Shown here piece by piece: positions 12,282 to 25,227 of a stretch of DNA of 64,000 nucleotides. Every line of letters starts with the position of its first letter. Position 1 is the first letter of the stretch. The translations under genes and the position numbers were made by a program. This DNA is from Psammoneis japonica (taxonomy: Eukaryota): contig QPGO01000073.1 of assembly GCA_008632985.1 (NCBI GenBank), positions 248,001-312,000 of the forward strand, given 5' to 3'. The notes beneath the pieces were generated by a model. That model had not been told where the DNA came from, did no database searches, and saw only the letters and a program-made list of their open reading frames with translations.

Positions 12282-14037
12282 TTAACGCCAGCCACGCTGA
12301 GGGATTCGATGGTGAGCACAAGTGTAGCAAACAGTTGATCCACAATCAGAGCGGCATCGCATGCCGTACGCCCACATGGTGAAGTCGCAATTGGGACAGT
12401 CGCCCTTGTAACCATCGCTACGAGTCCATTGATGAATACAAATTTCATTGGCTCGAAGTGCTGCTATCGCATGGCGAAGACGTTCTCTTCGAACCGCCCT
12501 TGGGAGAGCCCTGCCTATGGCGGCCTCTTCTTGTTGCATTCTGGCCTCTCCTGCCTCCAGTAGACGATTTTCATCCCATAACTCGCACCTACCTGACGAG
12601 CACTGCGATGTTCGAGAGTTCCAATCGCTAAGGCATCGGTAGCAGAACTGGTGCTCACAGGAAGCACAGGTCATGTGATTGCAACCTGATCGGAGCTCGA
12701 TAATAATTGCGCACTTGGGGCACTGCTTCCAACCTTGTTGCCGGGAAAGCTCCAGGACCAAAGAGTCCGATCCGGATTTTTTGCTTTTATTCTGTTCGCA
12801 CGTTTGTCCCGTGTGTTGTCTCGTCTTACAGACTGCACACAAGATAGAGCCACAGTCACAAGACACCACGTTATCTTGAAGGAAACGTACTTCAATCAAA
12901 TCGAGATTCAAGAACTGACTGCAATCAGGGCAGTACATCTTGTTCTTCGCTTCTTTCTCGGCGGCTCTCTTGTGGATTTCCTGAGCTTCAGATGCTTTGA
13001 GCAAATGAATGGCGATGTTCATATCAATCGGTACCTCACAACAACGTAGTGGGAGTAGAGAGGTGTCTTTCAAGGCCGTCTTGAAGAGCTTTCGCAAACA
13101 CTTCATGCATTGCTTGTGCCCACATGCCAATTCATATCCCTTAACATTGTCTTCGTAACATACGCTGCAGGAATCAAGCAAGGGAAGGGCATCAAGACCA
13201 TCAGCTGAGGGAGCTCGATGTCTCAAAATGTCATCTTCTTGGCTACTCTCGTCGTCGCTCGCGGTTTCCCCCTGCTTGAACGCACAGACCAAACAAGGAC
13301 GCAAGTCTCAGTGTGTCTTGACCTTCATCTCGATCGCTAGCATTCACTGCTGCTTCGGTGGTTTCATTTCTTCGACTTCGGGCTCGAAGCGCAATGCGCT
13401 CCCGTCCTGCTGCCAGACTCTCGGCGTAGACTCGATCACGTTCCGCTTGTTCATGTAAAAGATTCAAGCGCTCTTGTTCTTGATGCGCCCTTTCGGCGTC
13501 TTCGTAGATGGTGTGACTACCGCCATGCATAACTCGCTGTAAGCGATGTGCCAGCATATGATCAGCAACCACTTGCTTTTGTCGCTGGGCATCCAATGTC
13601 AATTCCTCAACAGCGGCAGCTATAGAGGTCTCATTATCCCTTGTTTCACCAGCACCCGAAACTTCATCGCCCCCTGTGACAGCAGGGATTTTAGAAGATC
13701 CTAAAATGGCTTCAATCTCTTCTTGATATGTGTCAATCCCGGCCGAAAAATCTAATGTAACGTCTTCGTCTTTTAGACTCTTCAAGAGTTCCCAGAAGTT
13801 TCTTCGGGCTGGCAAAGAGGCAATACCAAGCTCGGACTGTAAATCGGCTTTGGATAAGGTGAGAAGCGTGGGCCCGTCCACTTGATTTTGGTTGAGGGCT
13901 ACAATCGTATCGGCTGCCAGCTTGGACTGTGTGGCCCAAGCTACCACCTCTTCTGCAGTCCAGGCGGACGGGGAACGTGAAGCAACGACTCCGCCGAGGT
14001 CGCCTGCTAGAGTGGGTTCCATGATGGAGCAACTCAA
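12282..14037 (-). CDS. SAM-domain plus RBR (RING1-IBR-RING2) E3 ubiquitin ligase; two overlapping ORFs
   Basis: N-terminal SAM (WTAEEVVAW...VDGPTLLTL...ELGI); CSVC..CGHKQC..C; YCPDC; QCPKC...GCNHMTC..CEHQFCYRC. Frame change near 13250-13300. Confidence 0.85.
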
Positions 14038-14319
14038 AATTCAATAACCCTAATACAACAGCACTTTGAATTCTCACTAGCTTCTGTTTTTTAAGTGCAA
14101 GAAAGAAAAATGAGCAAGCAACTTGGTTACGAAGAGGCAGAGATTCTTAATTTCAAGCTTTTGCGTGAAGTTCTTTTTTCTTCCCGTAGGGACGGTACAT
14201 GATTTTAGAATTTTTGTGGCCAATTAGAATATCGAGCTGTATGTGTTCCATGCGCACGCTCGCTATGGCAGATTTCACACAAAAAGCTATTATACTGCTT
14301 AAACTCTTGCTATCTAGAG

Positions 14320-15253
14320 CTACCCCGGCTCAATTTCTGTGAAGCAAGTCTTCACTGCTGTCGATGCCTCCCGTCGACATATCGGACAGCTCCCGTACCT
14401 GATGATGCACCTGAAAGCACAAACTTGACAAACACAAAAGTGACCGCATGGAACAAAAGAATGGGACTTCTCTTCATCCATACATACAATGCACAGTCCA
14501 ACTGGGTCCTTGTGAGATTCGGCATTCACTGCCGTTTCCGTTTTGGCGTCGAGGCGAAACTGAGACCTTGCCGTCTCTTGAGCCATAACAGGTAGGAAAG
14601 GAATGAACTCCTCGAGTAGGTCTTGGTGTCCATCAAACAACGTCGCAACGCCGTCAATCAAAGCTCTGAAATTGCCTCGATTCTTCGTCTGGTACTCATA
14701 AAGCATAGATAGAAAGCGCCGATATTCTTCTGAGTACTTGCCAAACCGTTCCTTGACCGTTTCGACGTATTGCCTCGACCGGCTATGCCTAGCAACCGTT
14801 CCACTTCCCGTCGACGCACTAGAACTATCGAAAGCTTCACCTACGCTGGTAGAAAATGTGTCTCTCGGAAGTGATGGGCTAGTCTCTGTGTGTGACTCTT
14901 CCATAGGGTCAGCAAAGTCCCCGCCAGTGGAGTCATTCTGAAAGGCAAAAGAACACAGAAGCCTGCCATCAAAGGCCGTCAAAGCAAAACAGAACGTTCA
15001 CTTTCTCAATGACTCTGCGTGTGTCAATCTCGCCGCTTCTGTACCTCGTGAGGATGTCAATGAACTCACGGTGAATATGTGGGTAGTCCTTCAAGCGATC
15101 GGCGACATAGTTGAGATACTGCTCAGCGACGTCTTGAACAAGCTCAGCGACAATGGATTCAGAAGAAGTTGACTGGGTAGAAGCGTTGCTGGGAACTGAT
15201 GGTGGGTGATCGACGGGCATTACGACTGATGATTCATTGATATGATGCAACAA
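14320..15253 (-). CDS. PAH (Sin3-like) x2 plus C3HC4 RING protein, frameshifted near 14930-14980
   Basis: YLNYVADRL...FIDILTRY...VNVLF and YVETVKERF...YRRFLSML...LFDGHQDLLEEFIPFLP; C-terminal CIVC...PCGHFCVC..C...CPICR. Confidence 0.75.
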
Positions 15254-15930
15254 TTGAAGGGTATCGGACTAGATGGACACGCCTTGGATTGGGCACAAAG
15301 CGATTCAGTAGTCGAGAGGAAGGGAGGTGACCTGGACAAGTTTCGCCAGTTGTAACGGCAGTGATGTAGAGAGAAATACTGTAGCCACTTTGCGTCGACA
15401 CCTTGACAGAGGTGATCTTTTTGCGCGACTGGATGTTTCGTTTCTCGTTCATCTCTTTCCTCATCTCAGAAAAAAAGTGAGAGGCGGTGTGTCCAACCTC
15501 AAAGACACAATTGCCCTTCCAGTCGCGCGAACCACAAGTATTGCCCTTGTGAGTAGTACGACTGGAGCTGATAGCTGATGGCGGGCCAACCTTCATTTAC
15601 CGGTACGAGTAGCCTTCTATTCGTACTCGAACGCAACCGGGAAGAACTGCAAGAACCAACCTGAGTGCTGTATGCGAGTGTGCAAACAATTTTAAGAGAG
15701 TGCTGCATCATTACAGGCCAAAACTTTTTACAGTTTTCTTGTTGCGCGTTTGGCTTGCGAAGTTAAGCTCTGATGCCTCCCGTGCGTGGAACACACCCAC
15801 TCATGGTACATCTACATTTAGCAGCAAGCATCAGAAAAAGTAGGGTTTGAGAAGATTATTTATACCGTGCAGTAGGCCAAAAGGAAGTCGCAGCTTCTAA
15901 AGCGAAACTGACATGTAATTGTGCGCAGTC

Positions 15931-16892
15931 TCACGGTAAAAACACCCTCATGACTCGTTCGGGCTTCTCGGAACAGATTGGACAACATCCTGTTCGAACC
16001 AAAGCCAATGCCGCACAGAATCCGCAAGCGCATAGGTGACCACACGGTACAAAGGAGTGACTCCGCGGTCTATCCATACACAATGTACAAATTCCAAAGT
16101 CGGGTTGCTTCGTTTGTGTCAACTGAAAAGCTTCTGTTCTAATGCTTTCAAGATGATCCTTTGCAAAATCATGTATCTCCGTAGGAAGGAAGTATATGAA
16201 ATCCTCGATAAGCTCGACTTCGTCCACAAACAACAATGATATCTGTTCAAAGCCCTGGAGTACATACAGCACCGGTAGGTAGGAACAAAACATAGAGGGC
16301 GTAAATCACGGAAAGATGAGCATAATACCGATACTGTCATCATAGAAACAAGCCCCATAATTCCTGGTAACCAGCACTGGTACTGCACAGTGAACACGTC
16401 ATAACTTATAGCACTCACATCTTTCAGAGCAATTTGTCCCGATCTGCATCCCGTAAGTAGTGCTATAAAGCTTTTGAAAGTCTCCGTTTCACTCGGGTAT
16501 ATCTTCTTCACTTTAACGACATACTCTGCAGCACGTTGTAGATCGGCATCCACTTCATCCTCTTTAGTTTCGACAGCGGCAGGCTTTTGTGGTTCTCCCA
16601 AATGGGCATCAATGTCGATGCGGTGGCTGTCGGGCAAGAAGGAGTTGAAGCCAACCAGCATATTCACATTGCCATGGAACAGTCTCGAGACACTATCCCG
16701 TACACCGATTGAGCACATTTCTTGGGCGATAAACTTTTTCAGAATACCCTCAAACTCAGAATACACCTGAGGTCGATCACGAAACTCCATCTTGACACAT
16801 TGCAGAAAGTCCATGGCTTCATACACACTCGCATCTGGATCTTCTTCTTCTTCCTGAGAGGGAGCCACCGCATATGCCCGGCTTTGCGCCAT
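15931..16892 (-). CDS. PAH x2 plus C3HC4 RING protein (tandem paralog), one intron at ~16260-16415
   Basis: AMDFLQCVKMEFRDRPQVYSEF...GFNSFLP; AAEYVVKVKK...LIEDFIYFLP; CTLC...PCGHLCAC..C...CPIC. Confidence 0.8.
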
Positions 16893-17560
16893 GGCTATAT
16901 GTATTCTTCACACGACTGTCTCTGGCGTCGTCCAAACAAAATATCCAACAAATTGCCAATCACGTTTCAACGTGACACATGCGCATGGTCGATGGTCGAT
17001 GGCCGTCGTACGAAAAGCCGAAGCGAACAAAGAAGGTGCGGTCACGTGTCGCGATGGTGGATGCCATTCAAAATGATTTGAAAGCTCTTTTCAGACGATA
17101 GTAGACTGGCATACTCTTCCGTTGAAAGTGATGACGTTAGGATGTTCGTGATGTCGGTCTGATCATTGATCCCTCCGACGCAATCGACAAGCTAGCTACT
17201 GTACAGTACAGTAGATTAGGACCAGAAAATATGCAGCTAGACTCCAGAGAGAAATACCTTCTTTCTCTATCTAGAGTGAAAAGAGAGAACGGTATGCAAA
17301 AAGAAAAACAGTTTCGTATAAGATTCCCACATGGAAACCTTTGAAACTAGATTCGAGATGGCTCCTGAACTCTAGAAATAGGTTCTACAGGGGAAAGCTA
17401 TGAAACCAGGGTCCATAACGGACCATACAGGAACTCAATTTTTAAAATTACATACCTAGTTGAATCCCCTATGACCCCAAGCAAAAGCACTATACACATC
17501 ATGGCAACATCAAAAAAGAACAACAAGCCCAGTCTCTCTCTCAACCAGATACATAAGTAG

Positions 17561-19077
17561 TTAACCCGCAACATCACCTCCGTCGTCCAACATTTCCGAT
17601 AATTGTCCCTTGGAAAACGTCATGGTCGAATCGTTACTACGTGCCATGGCGGACTTTAACACAGACATGGACGAACTTCCGAGATAACTCATATTGTCGG
17701 GATCCTTATCCATGACGGATACTCGTCTTGGAAGTGCCGTCGTCAATTGACCCGTTTCATCCGGATCTTCTTCTTCAATGACACCACCAATGGGTCGAAC
17801 AAGTCGTTCTCTTTTATACACATCTTCCAATTGTATCGATGCATCCGACGCTCCGAATTGTAGTACTTGTTGTTGCTTCAACGAGGGCGACGCTGCGGCA
17901 CTCGACGACGAGGACGATGCGTGTAGAGGTCCCGTCACGAGCTTGGCCGCCGCCAGGAGCGAATCACTCTCCACGGATACTCCACTCATGTTGCTAGAAA
18001 ATTGCTTGCATTGCTTGCCTTGGTGGAGTTTGTCCCACTCGACATGCCACGAGATACCACGTCGGGACGTGGATGATCCACTGTTTCAATCGTGTCGCTC
18101 GAACCGATAATCGCCTCATCGTCCATGGTTTGTGTGGAAAGACGCATAATACCAGACGTGACATCGTCCATTTCCGTGGAACTTTCGGGTTCTCGTTCCA
18201 ATGGACCTTCTCCCTCCAAATCGGAAATTTGAAGAGACTGTCGTCGATTGCCCAAAACACAGCGCTCCAGGGCAGCTCCTCCCGCAGGTGCTGCAGGTGC
18301 CACGCCGCCACCTTGATTGGCTTTTTGTTGTGATTCAAAATCGGCCCACACTTCGAGTCCCGATGTCATACTTTGTCTCTCGCTCAGGACTCCCACCGGA
18401 ATGGGCTCGTACGGATCCATACCCAACGAATCTGTCATGGATGCATCACCAATTGCCGAAAAGCCACTGGCAGAGAGTAGAGAGGATGAAGTGATTTCCT
18501 CGCTATTTGTCACTTCTCTACTAGCAGGAGTAGTCTCCTGTTGCTGCTGAGTCGTCTCCTTACGGACAGCAGGTGAACGAGGTGGTGGTGCAGCCATTCT
18601 TTCATTTGCAGCAGAAGAGAGAATTTCTGGGGGTTTCACAAGTTCTTGTGGTGCTTTTGGTGGTAATACCTGCTGTACAGGAGGAGGCGGTGCTGGTTTT
18701 GTAGCTGCGGCAGCGGCTGGTGCTTTTTCTCGGTTTTGTCGAAGGGCTTGTTTTGCCTTTTCCAACGTTGTGTCTTCATCCACCACACACCACGCATCGA
18801 CACCTCCATCGACTCGTTTTAAAAACCGTCCGCCTTCACTCCATACGACATTGCAAATCTCTCGTGCAATCGCCGCCTTGGTTTGACGGTGTGTCGTGGC
18901 GAGATAGTCGGGTTTGCGTTCGGCAACCAACTGACGAAAATAAACGTTACCCTGATGATCATTCGGACCGGAACCTCGACCAAACAACACGTCTTGTGGT
19001 TTCACCGAGGTGATCCATTCCTCGTCTGGACGATTTTTGGGTCTTCTGCTGTTTGTGTTATTGCTTCTTCGAGACAT
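17561..19077 (-). CDS. DUF6824-domain protein with low-complexity tail (frame change near 17990)
   Basis: DVLFGRGSGPNDHQGNVYFRQLV...GGRFLK...EKAKQALRQ motif typical of this diatom-expanded domain. Confidence 0.8.
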
Positions 19078-19080
19078 GGT

Positions 19081-19177
19081 TACAACAACTGTACAATAGG
19101 CTAATAAGAACTTGAGAGAGGCAACTTTTTACAACAACTGTACAATAGGCTAATAAGAACTTGAGAGAGGCAACTTA
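19081..19177. repeat. Two-copy ~49-bp tandem repeat immediately upstream of the DUF6824 gene start
   Basis: tacaacaactgtacaataggctaataagaacttgagagaggcaactt occurs at 19081 and 19130. Confidence 0.9.
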
Positions 19178-20064
19178 GCAGCTTGGTGTGGTTAACAGCA
19201 ACAGGAACAGCAGTGCAACACACTTTGCAGTCGGTATGTTGACAGCAATACCGCCTCCACAGCAGAACATCATGGGCACACCGCGGACACCGCAGTCACG
19301 AACGATCACATAAATAGCACCCCGGAAAGTTGGGCCCACATGCCACCGTACAAATCGTACCAGGAAACACGTAGGACCCCGAGCAGGTGAAGATGGGTCA
19401 CAATGTCTATTGCCCTTGATTGGGTGGTGACACGTAATATATGTATCGAGTAATTAAGGTTAATTTATAGAATTGGAAAGTACTTATTTATTACACAAAC
19501 ATTTATGAATAGAAGTACTATATAGATGAAGCAACCCGTCCGTCCTGCACTCGGCAAGGAACAGATGCTCTAGAGCGAGTAGAGGTAGAGAGAGAGAGAG
19601 AGAGAGAGAGTGGTAGCTAGAAGTACAGTACTCTAGTAGAGTGTGATAGGTAGTAGGTATGACAAAGAGGTAGCTCCATGATGGATAGGGCCCTAGAGTC
19701 TTTCTCTCTAGTAGTAGCTACGAGTAGAGCAGAGACTCAAGCTACAGTAGAGAACGGAAGGGACTCTTCGAGAAGGTCTAAGACAACAAAACTATGGTAC
19801 TCTGGAGCGTTCTTTTTCACGCACCACGAGTAGCATTATTGGAGTATATATGTAGGAAGAAGAGTTTTGGATCCTATGAAACGAGTTCCCCTATAGAGAA
19901 TAGAGTTCTTATTGTGTCGTTGCGTACAACATAAAACAAAACAACAACGACTAGCACCTTGTTCTTTTAAAATGCAATTGTCTTTATTATTTTCTTAAAA
20001 TAGAGATAAAACAACCTCTTTCTCTTTGAAGTTTCTTTCCCTATACACACACACACACATAACA

Positions 20065-21827
20065 TTACTTTAAAACTTGCGAAGCCAAGTCCAACGAGTT
20101 GAGTGCTTCACTCAAGTCGGTCATTTCCGACATGAGACTCATGTGATCGTCATTGCTCATTCCAGAAAAGTTGGATATACCCGACATTAAACTTATATCG
20201 TCCTTGCAAACACTGGATTGTTTGCTTTTGCTCGAACGATGACTCTTGCCACTCATGACGGACGAAGTTGCTGTTTTGGATTTGGAACGCTTTTGATCTT
20301 GCAAGGAAAAGTGAGCCTTGAGTCCGCTCCTGTTACTGGCACGGCTGTTGCGGCTGGACGAGGACGTGTAGCGCTTGTTCGAAGACGACGACGTCTTGTT
20401 GGATGGTGCATTTGCCGACAAAAAGGAATCAATCCCGCCACCCTTCTTGTGCTTGGAAGTATAACTCATAATGGATAACGACTCGGCCATGCTTTCGAGA
20501 TCGCCCGTTTCACTCTGGTTGAAGGTACCAATCGAGTCTTGATCCGCCATGCTGCCACCCAGATCGGGGTTGGACATCATGGCGCTGTTGCTGTCTCCCA
20601 GCGTGCTGCTGAGATACTGTTCCAGCATCATTTGGTAGTCACCCAAGGACTGATCGTCCGTTGTATCGGTGGGTTCCAGGTCCTTATTGGGTCCTCCGGG
20701 TGCGATGGGACTTCAAAGCCGCCGCCGGTAGTAGTATCCAAATTGGTACTTGAAGAAGACGTTTGAGGAGGTTGGATTCCAGAAACACCGTTTTGAGAAA
20801 ACTGGTTGCCTCCAGCCGAAGACGACGACGTCGTCCTCTCCCTATTGGCAGCCATGGTGTAGAGATTAAAGCCACCGCCGCCCATGTTGGGAGGAGCACT
20901 CTGAAAGTGACCGTTGTTGTTGCCGCTGCTGGGCCGTAGTGCCGGAGGAGGCATGCTTGGATTGGACTGGGAAGCCGAAGGCATGTGAAGGTTCTGTTGC
21001 TGCTGCAACATTTCGGCTGCTGATGGGTAAGGATTGACATTGGGTGTCGGTCCTCCTCCACCTAGTCCTTGACGAGCTCGGTTGGACTCGGCCAGAGCAG
21101 CATCCACAATCTCTCGAGCAATCATGGCCTTGGTGTTGGGGTCGTTGGCACAAAAGTACTCGTCCTTGCGGACATTGACGATGCTCTGAATGAGATTGGA
21201 AATCTCCACGCTTCCTGTAAGTTCCGACAAGGAGTTGGCCTTGACTTGCTGTTGTGGATTCGACATGGAGAAACCGCCGTTATTACTGTTCATTGCGGCC
21301 CAGGCTTCCATGTTTGCCGGGGAGGAAGAGAAATTCGGTTGCGGTTGAAACGATTGTGTCGGCATCATGGGCAACACTTCACGGACAGGATCCGGTTCAT
21401 ACGGATCAATGCTACCTCCTGGAGTAACAACTCGTGGTGCATTCATTCGTAAGTCCATATTGCTATTGCGCCCTTCCTTGTTTTGCTGCCGCTCCAAGTT
21501 CTGCCGCAAGGCTTGCTTTGCCTTTTCCATCATGGTTTCATGATCCACGGCACACCACACTTCACCCGTCTTGATGCCCTTCTTTTCCGCATCGGCCGGA
21601 CTGACGCGTTTGAGGAAGCGACCGCCATTGGCCAAGACTTGCTGAACAATCTCGCCGGCAATCTTGACTTTGGTCTGACGGTGGTTGGTACGAAGGTATT
21701 CTTCCTTGCGTTGATTCACGAGTGCTCGGAAACGAACATTTCCGTCGTGACTATTTGGACCGGATCCTCGACCAAACAAGACATCGTGAGGGCCGATTTC
21801 GGTAATGTATTCTTCTTCACCACCCAT
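20065..21827 (-). CDS. DUF6824-domain protein (tandem paralog; frame change near 20640-20700)
   Basis: DVLFGRGSGPNSHDGNVRFRALV...GGRFLK...EKAKQALRQ; partial second copy (RKDEYF...TKAMIAREIV); Ser-rich C-terminus in ORF 20065-20646. Confidence 0.8.
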
Positions 21828-22593
21828 AGTGGAATGTTACTGTGATTGTAGTCGGTGTTGTTGTGATTCAACAACAACAACAAGAGTGCCAACACAATGG
21901 GTATGTTGCAGTTGAGGGTAGAGAGGAGTCGTATTCTGTGGGCTATTTTGAGAGGCTTCTTGTAGAGTTCGGTACAAAACCTACGTACGCAGCTGAGTCT
22001 CGGCGAAATCTGCAACGCGAATGACTTGTGAGCCAAAATCGAACTTCTACGTGAATGCCCACAGAGAAATTAGTACGGGCAAATTATAAAAATTTGAGAA
22101 TGACCCTGTATTCGTCATTTCTAGGAGTCTCTGGTAGAAAATCTCAATAGAGTCTGAATGGAAAATGGGGTCATTGAGCAATATCAAAATATGTACATAA
22201 CTTTTGAATTGTTATTAAGGTCATTAGTGGATACATATACAATCTTAAAGTTTGAACTAAAGTACATGTTATTGAGTCGCGGGGGTTAATTAAACGAACA
22301 ACGAGGGGTCATTGTCGAATGGTAGGGGCATAAACATCAGCGCGATGTCCATCAGAACATCCGGGTCGCTTTTTTCCACATCCGATCTTCACAAAGAGCA
22401 CTTGCAACCAGAACTGATCAACACACATCACACGGCAACACGCATTCACTTTTTTATGCGTTGTCTCGCCCTTTTCTCTCTCCTCTTTTGTTACAAATTA
22501 TTGTATCGCCATGACTTCTGAAGTACGTCTAGTAGTAACGAAGTATCCTTATCGGAAAATTACATTTCCAATTCGAGTCAGTTTACGAAATGG

Positions 22594-23712
22594 ATGTATA
22601 CACCAGAAGAACTGATGAACTGCCGAAAACACGCCAATCTCAAGGCACGTCAGGCGCTATTGGAGAATCCCAAACAACAAACTGTAGAGCACTTTGCCGC
22701 AACCGAAAAGCAATTCATGGATACGGACGATATTCCGTCACACGATTCCAACGGCAATGAGTTTCTGAATGTCGACGAAGAAGCCATGCTCGTTTCGTTT
22801 TATGGTTCCAAATTGCTCGGACTGATTGGACCCATGGCGCAGGTTGGCAAATTACGACGTGAAGCAAAAGTCGTTGCCACGGCGGCCATGCTGTATCGTC
22901 GCTTTTTCTTATCCAATTCCGCCCTCATGTTTGACCCCAAGGCCGTCATGGTGGCGAGTGCCTTTCTAGCCACCAAAGTAGAAGACTGCATGGCGGATGT
23001 CAAGAATTTACAAGAGGGAACGACGCTCATGAAATCGACTGTGGAAATACAAGATATCATTTCCAATGAATTATTCTTACTGAGTGGCGTTGATTTTGAT
23101 TTAACGTGTATTCATCCCTACAAGGCGGTTTTAGCCTTTACCGAAGACTTGAGGACCTTTCTCAAGAGTGACAAGGGACGAACGTTGGCAAGCTTTGAAG
23201 ACGATAGCAACGTCCTAGTCAGTGGTCAAGATTTGAAACCCATGCACGATATCGCTCGGAAACTCATGGATGATGTCATTGTGAGTGATATTCCGCTTCT
23301 GTATCCCCCCGGCCAAATTGGCTTGGCGGCACTCATGCTGGCCAATCAAGAGTTGCTGTCGCAAGACCCCGAGACGAGACGACGCAATCACGTTCCCAAA
23401 ATTGATTTTCGTGGATATCTCTTGCATCTCTCGTCTCTGGAGGACAACAATAATAATAGGAGTGATCACAGTTTGTTGGAACAGCGAGTTCACGACGTGT
23501 GTCAAATGTTGAGTGGTTTAAAGAATGGCTTGCACGGCTGTGGTAACCACAATCTCGATTTGGCAAAATTGAAACAAATCAACAAGAAACTCAAAAAATG
23601 CAAGGCATGGGGAAAAGAGGGGGGAAAGAAAAAGAAACGTAAACACAATGCGGAACAAACAGTGGAGGGCGATGATAATGCGGCACGCAAAAAGGCAAAA
23701 ACAGAAGCATAG
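22594..23712 (+). CDS. CCNH: Cyclin H
   Basis: ATAAMLYRRFFLSNSALMFDPK...FLATKVED, FDLTCIHPYK, LLYPPGQIGLAAL; basic NLS-like tail. The true start probably lies slightly upstream. Confidence 0.85.
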   Translation: MYTPEELMNCRKHANLKARQALLENPKQQTVEHFAATEKQFMDTDDIPSHDSNGNEFLNVDEEAMLVSFYGSKLLGLIGPMAQVGKLRREAKVVATAAMLYRRFFLSNSALMFDPKAVMVASAFLATKVEDCMADVKNLQEGTTLMKSTVEIQDIISNELFLLSGVDFDLTCIHPYKAVLAFTEDLRTFLKSDKGRTLASFEDDSNVLVSGQDLKPMHDIARKLMDDVIVSDIPLLYPPGQIGLAALMLANQELLSQDPETRRRNHVPKIDFRGYLLHLSSLEDNNNNRSDHSLLEQRVHDVCQMLSGLKNGLHGCGNHNLDLAKLKQINKKLKKCKAWGKEGGKKKKRKHNAEQTVEGDDNAARKKAKTEA

Positions 23713-24055
23713 AGAGCTACGTAGCTGTGTATCTTATTTTGGCGAGTAGAGAATGTTCAGAAGACTGCAGTTGCTTCTTACTCTTGCCTTTTCAACCTTT
23801 GTGCTTCTGAAGAATGCTCGAGTCTCTTTGGAATCCGCGGTTTGTCGTGGATGAGGTGGTTTGCTTCTTGCTGTAGACCGATTCCCATCGAGGAATAGGA
23901 GTGGCAGCGAATAATATAACACTACTTATAATAGTCTTTGAGTCTGACATAGAGCATTATGCTCCGACAGAGAAACAAACTAATTCTACTCGAAGAACAA
24001 CATAGTATCTTTATGTAGTTGAAAGAACAATGAACCAACAAAAGGAAGGAACAAA

Positions 24056-24846
24056 TCATTCGGACGTCTTGCGTTTCCTTAGATTCTGATCTTGTTGTAA
24101 GTAGTCCAACAAATCGGGTTTCTGTTGAAGCAGAGAAAATAACAAACTTAGCCTACCCGGGGTTTTCTCTCGTCCGACTGTTGCAAACGCTTGCGCCAAT
24201 AAACCGGGATTGGCGTTGTCAATAGCCAACAACTGTCTCGCATGAGCTTCCATCAAGAGCAGCCTTACGGGTTCGCCCTCTTTTCCGATTGTGCAATTAG
24301 TCGGAATGCACCCCCTGTTGTCGCTTGCATTCAAATTTGCGCCTCGTTCAATCATCAACCGTACCACGTTTTCATGCCTGATGCTGCATGCGTTGTGCAG
24401 CGGGGTCCGTCCCAAACTGTCAACTGCGTTCAAATCAGCGCCATTTTGCATCAAGACCTCGACAAAAGCGTCGCCGCCTCCGCGCATGGCAGCTGCATTC
24501 AGAGGCGTGGAGCCCCACTCATCTGTAGCATCCACTTCAGCCCCATGCAATAACAGCAATTGTGCTTTGGATGCGAGTCTGTGCCCGCCAGAGGAGCAAG
24601 CCAACCTGTGCAGCGGCATAGAACCGTAATGTGTTGAAACATGGTTCGCGTTGGCACCACATTCCAGGAGGAGCTCTAGCATATTGTTGTCTCGGACTTC
24701 GAGAGCCAAAAAGATTGGAATTTCCAGTGAGCCACCGCGCCCTCTTCGCGTTGCGTTCACGTCCTGTCCTGCTTGAAGGATGCTTCGAACTCGATCCACC
24801 TCTCCTTGTCGAATACCTCAAAAAAATCATCAGAACTGTTAGCCAT
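24056..24846 (-). CDS. Ankyrin-repeat protein (frameshift near 24795)
   Basis: GSMPLH, GSTPLN, GRTPLH repeats with GADLNA; C-terminal LLQQKPDL...RKRK shared with the protein at 36062-37153. Confidence 0.85.
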
Positions 24847-25227
24847 GGTGGTGTCAGTTGGTTCCAATTCAAACAACGACAGCAACAACAACGCAACATA
24901 GGGCCTACGGTACTGTAGTACTACCGGTATGAACGAAACAGTGAAACAGTCCTCCAAGAGCGAACGTCTGTCCTGCGGTCGGTGCCTGTGGTGGTACCAT
25001 TCAAAATAACATCTTTCCCGCCCACCATGTGCGAAATAATCGGGTCGACAATTCGAGAATGTGGGGATCTGAGCAAGAAAGGAAAACAACATGATACATT
25101 GTGCATAACATAAACAGGTTGCAAAATTGTATTATCTATACCTGCTGTTGGAGTCTCTTCTCATCCTCTTCAATCAAAACTCTAGTTATGTCTAGTATCC
25201 CCCTCATTATTGTTGATAACTGTAGTT

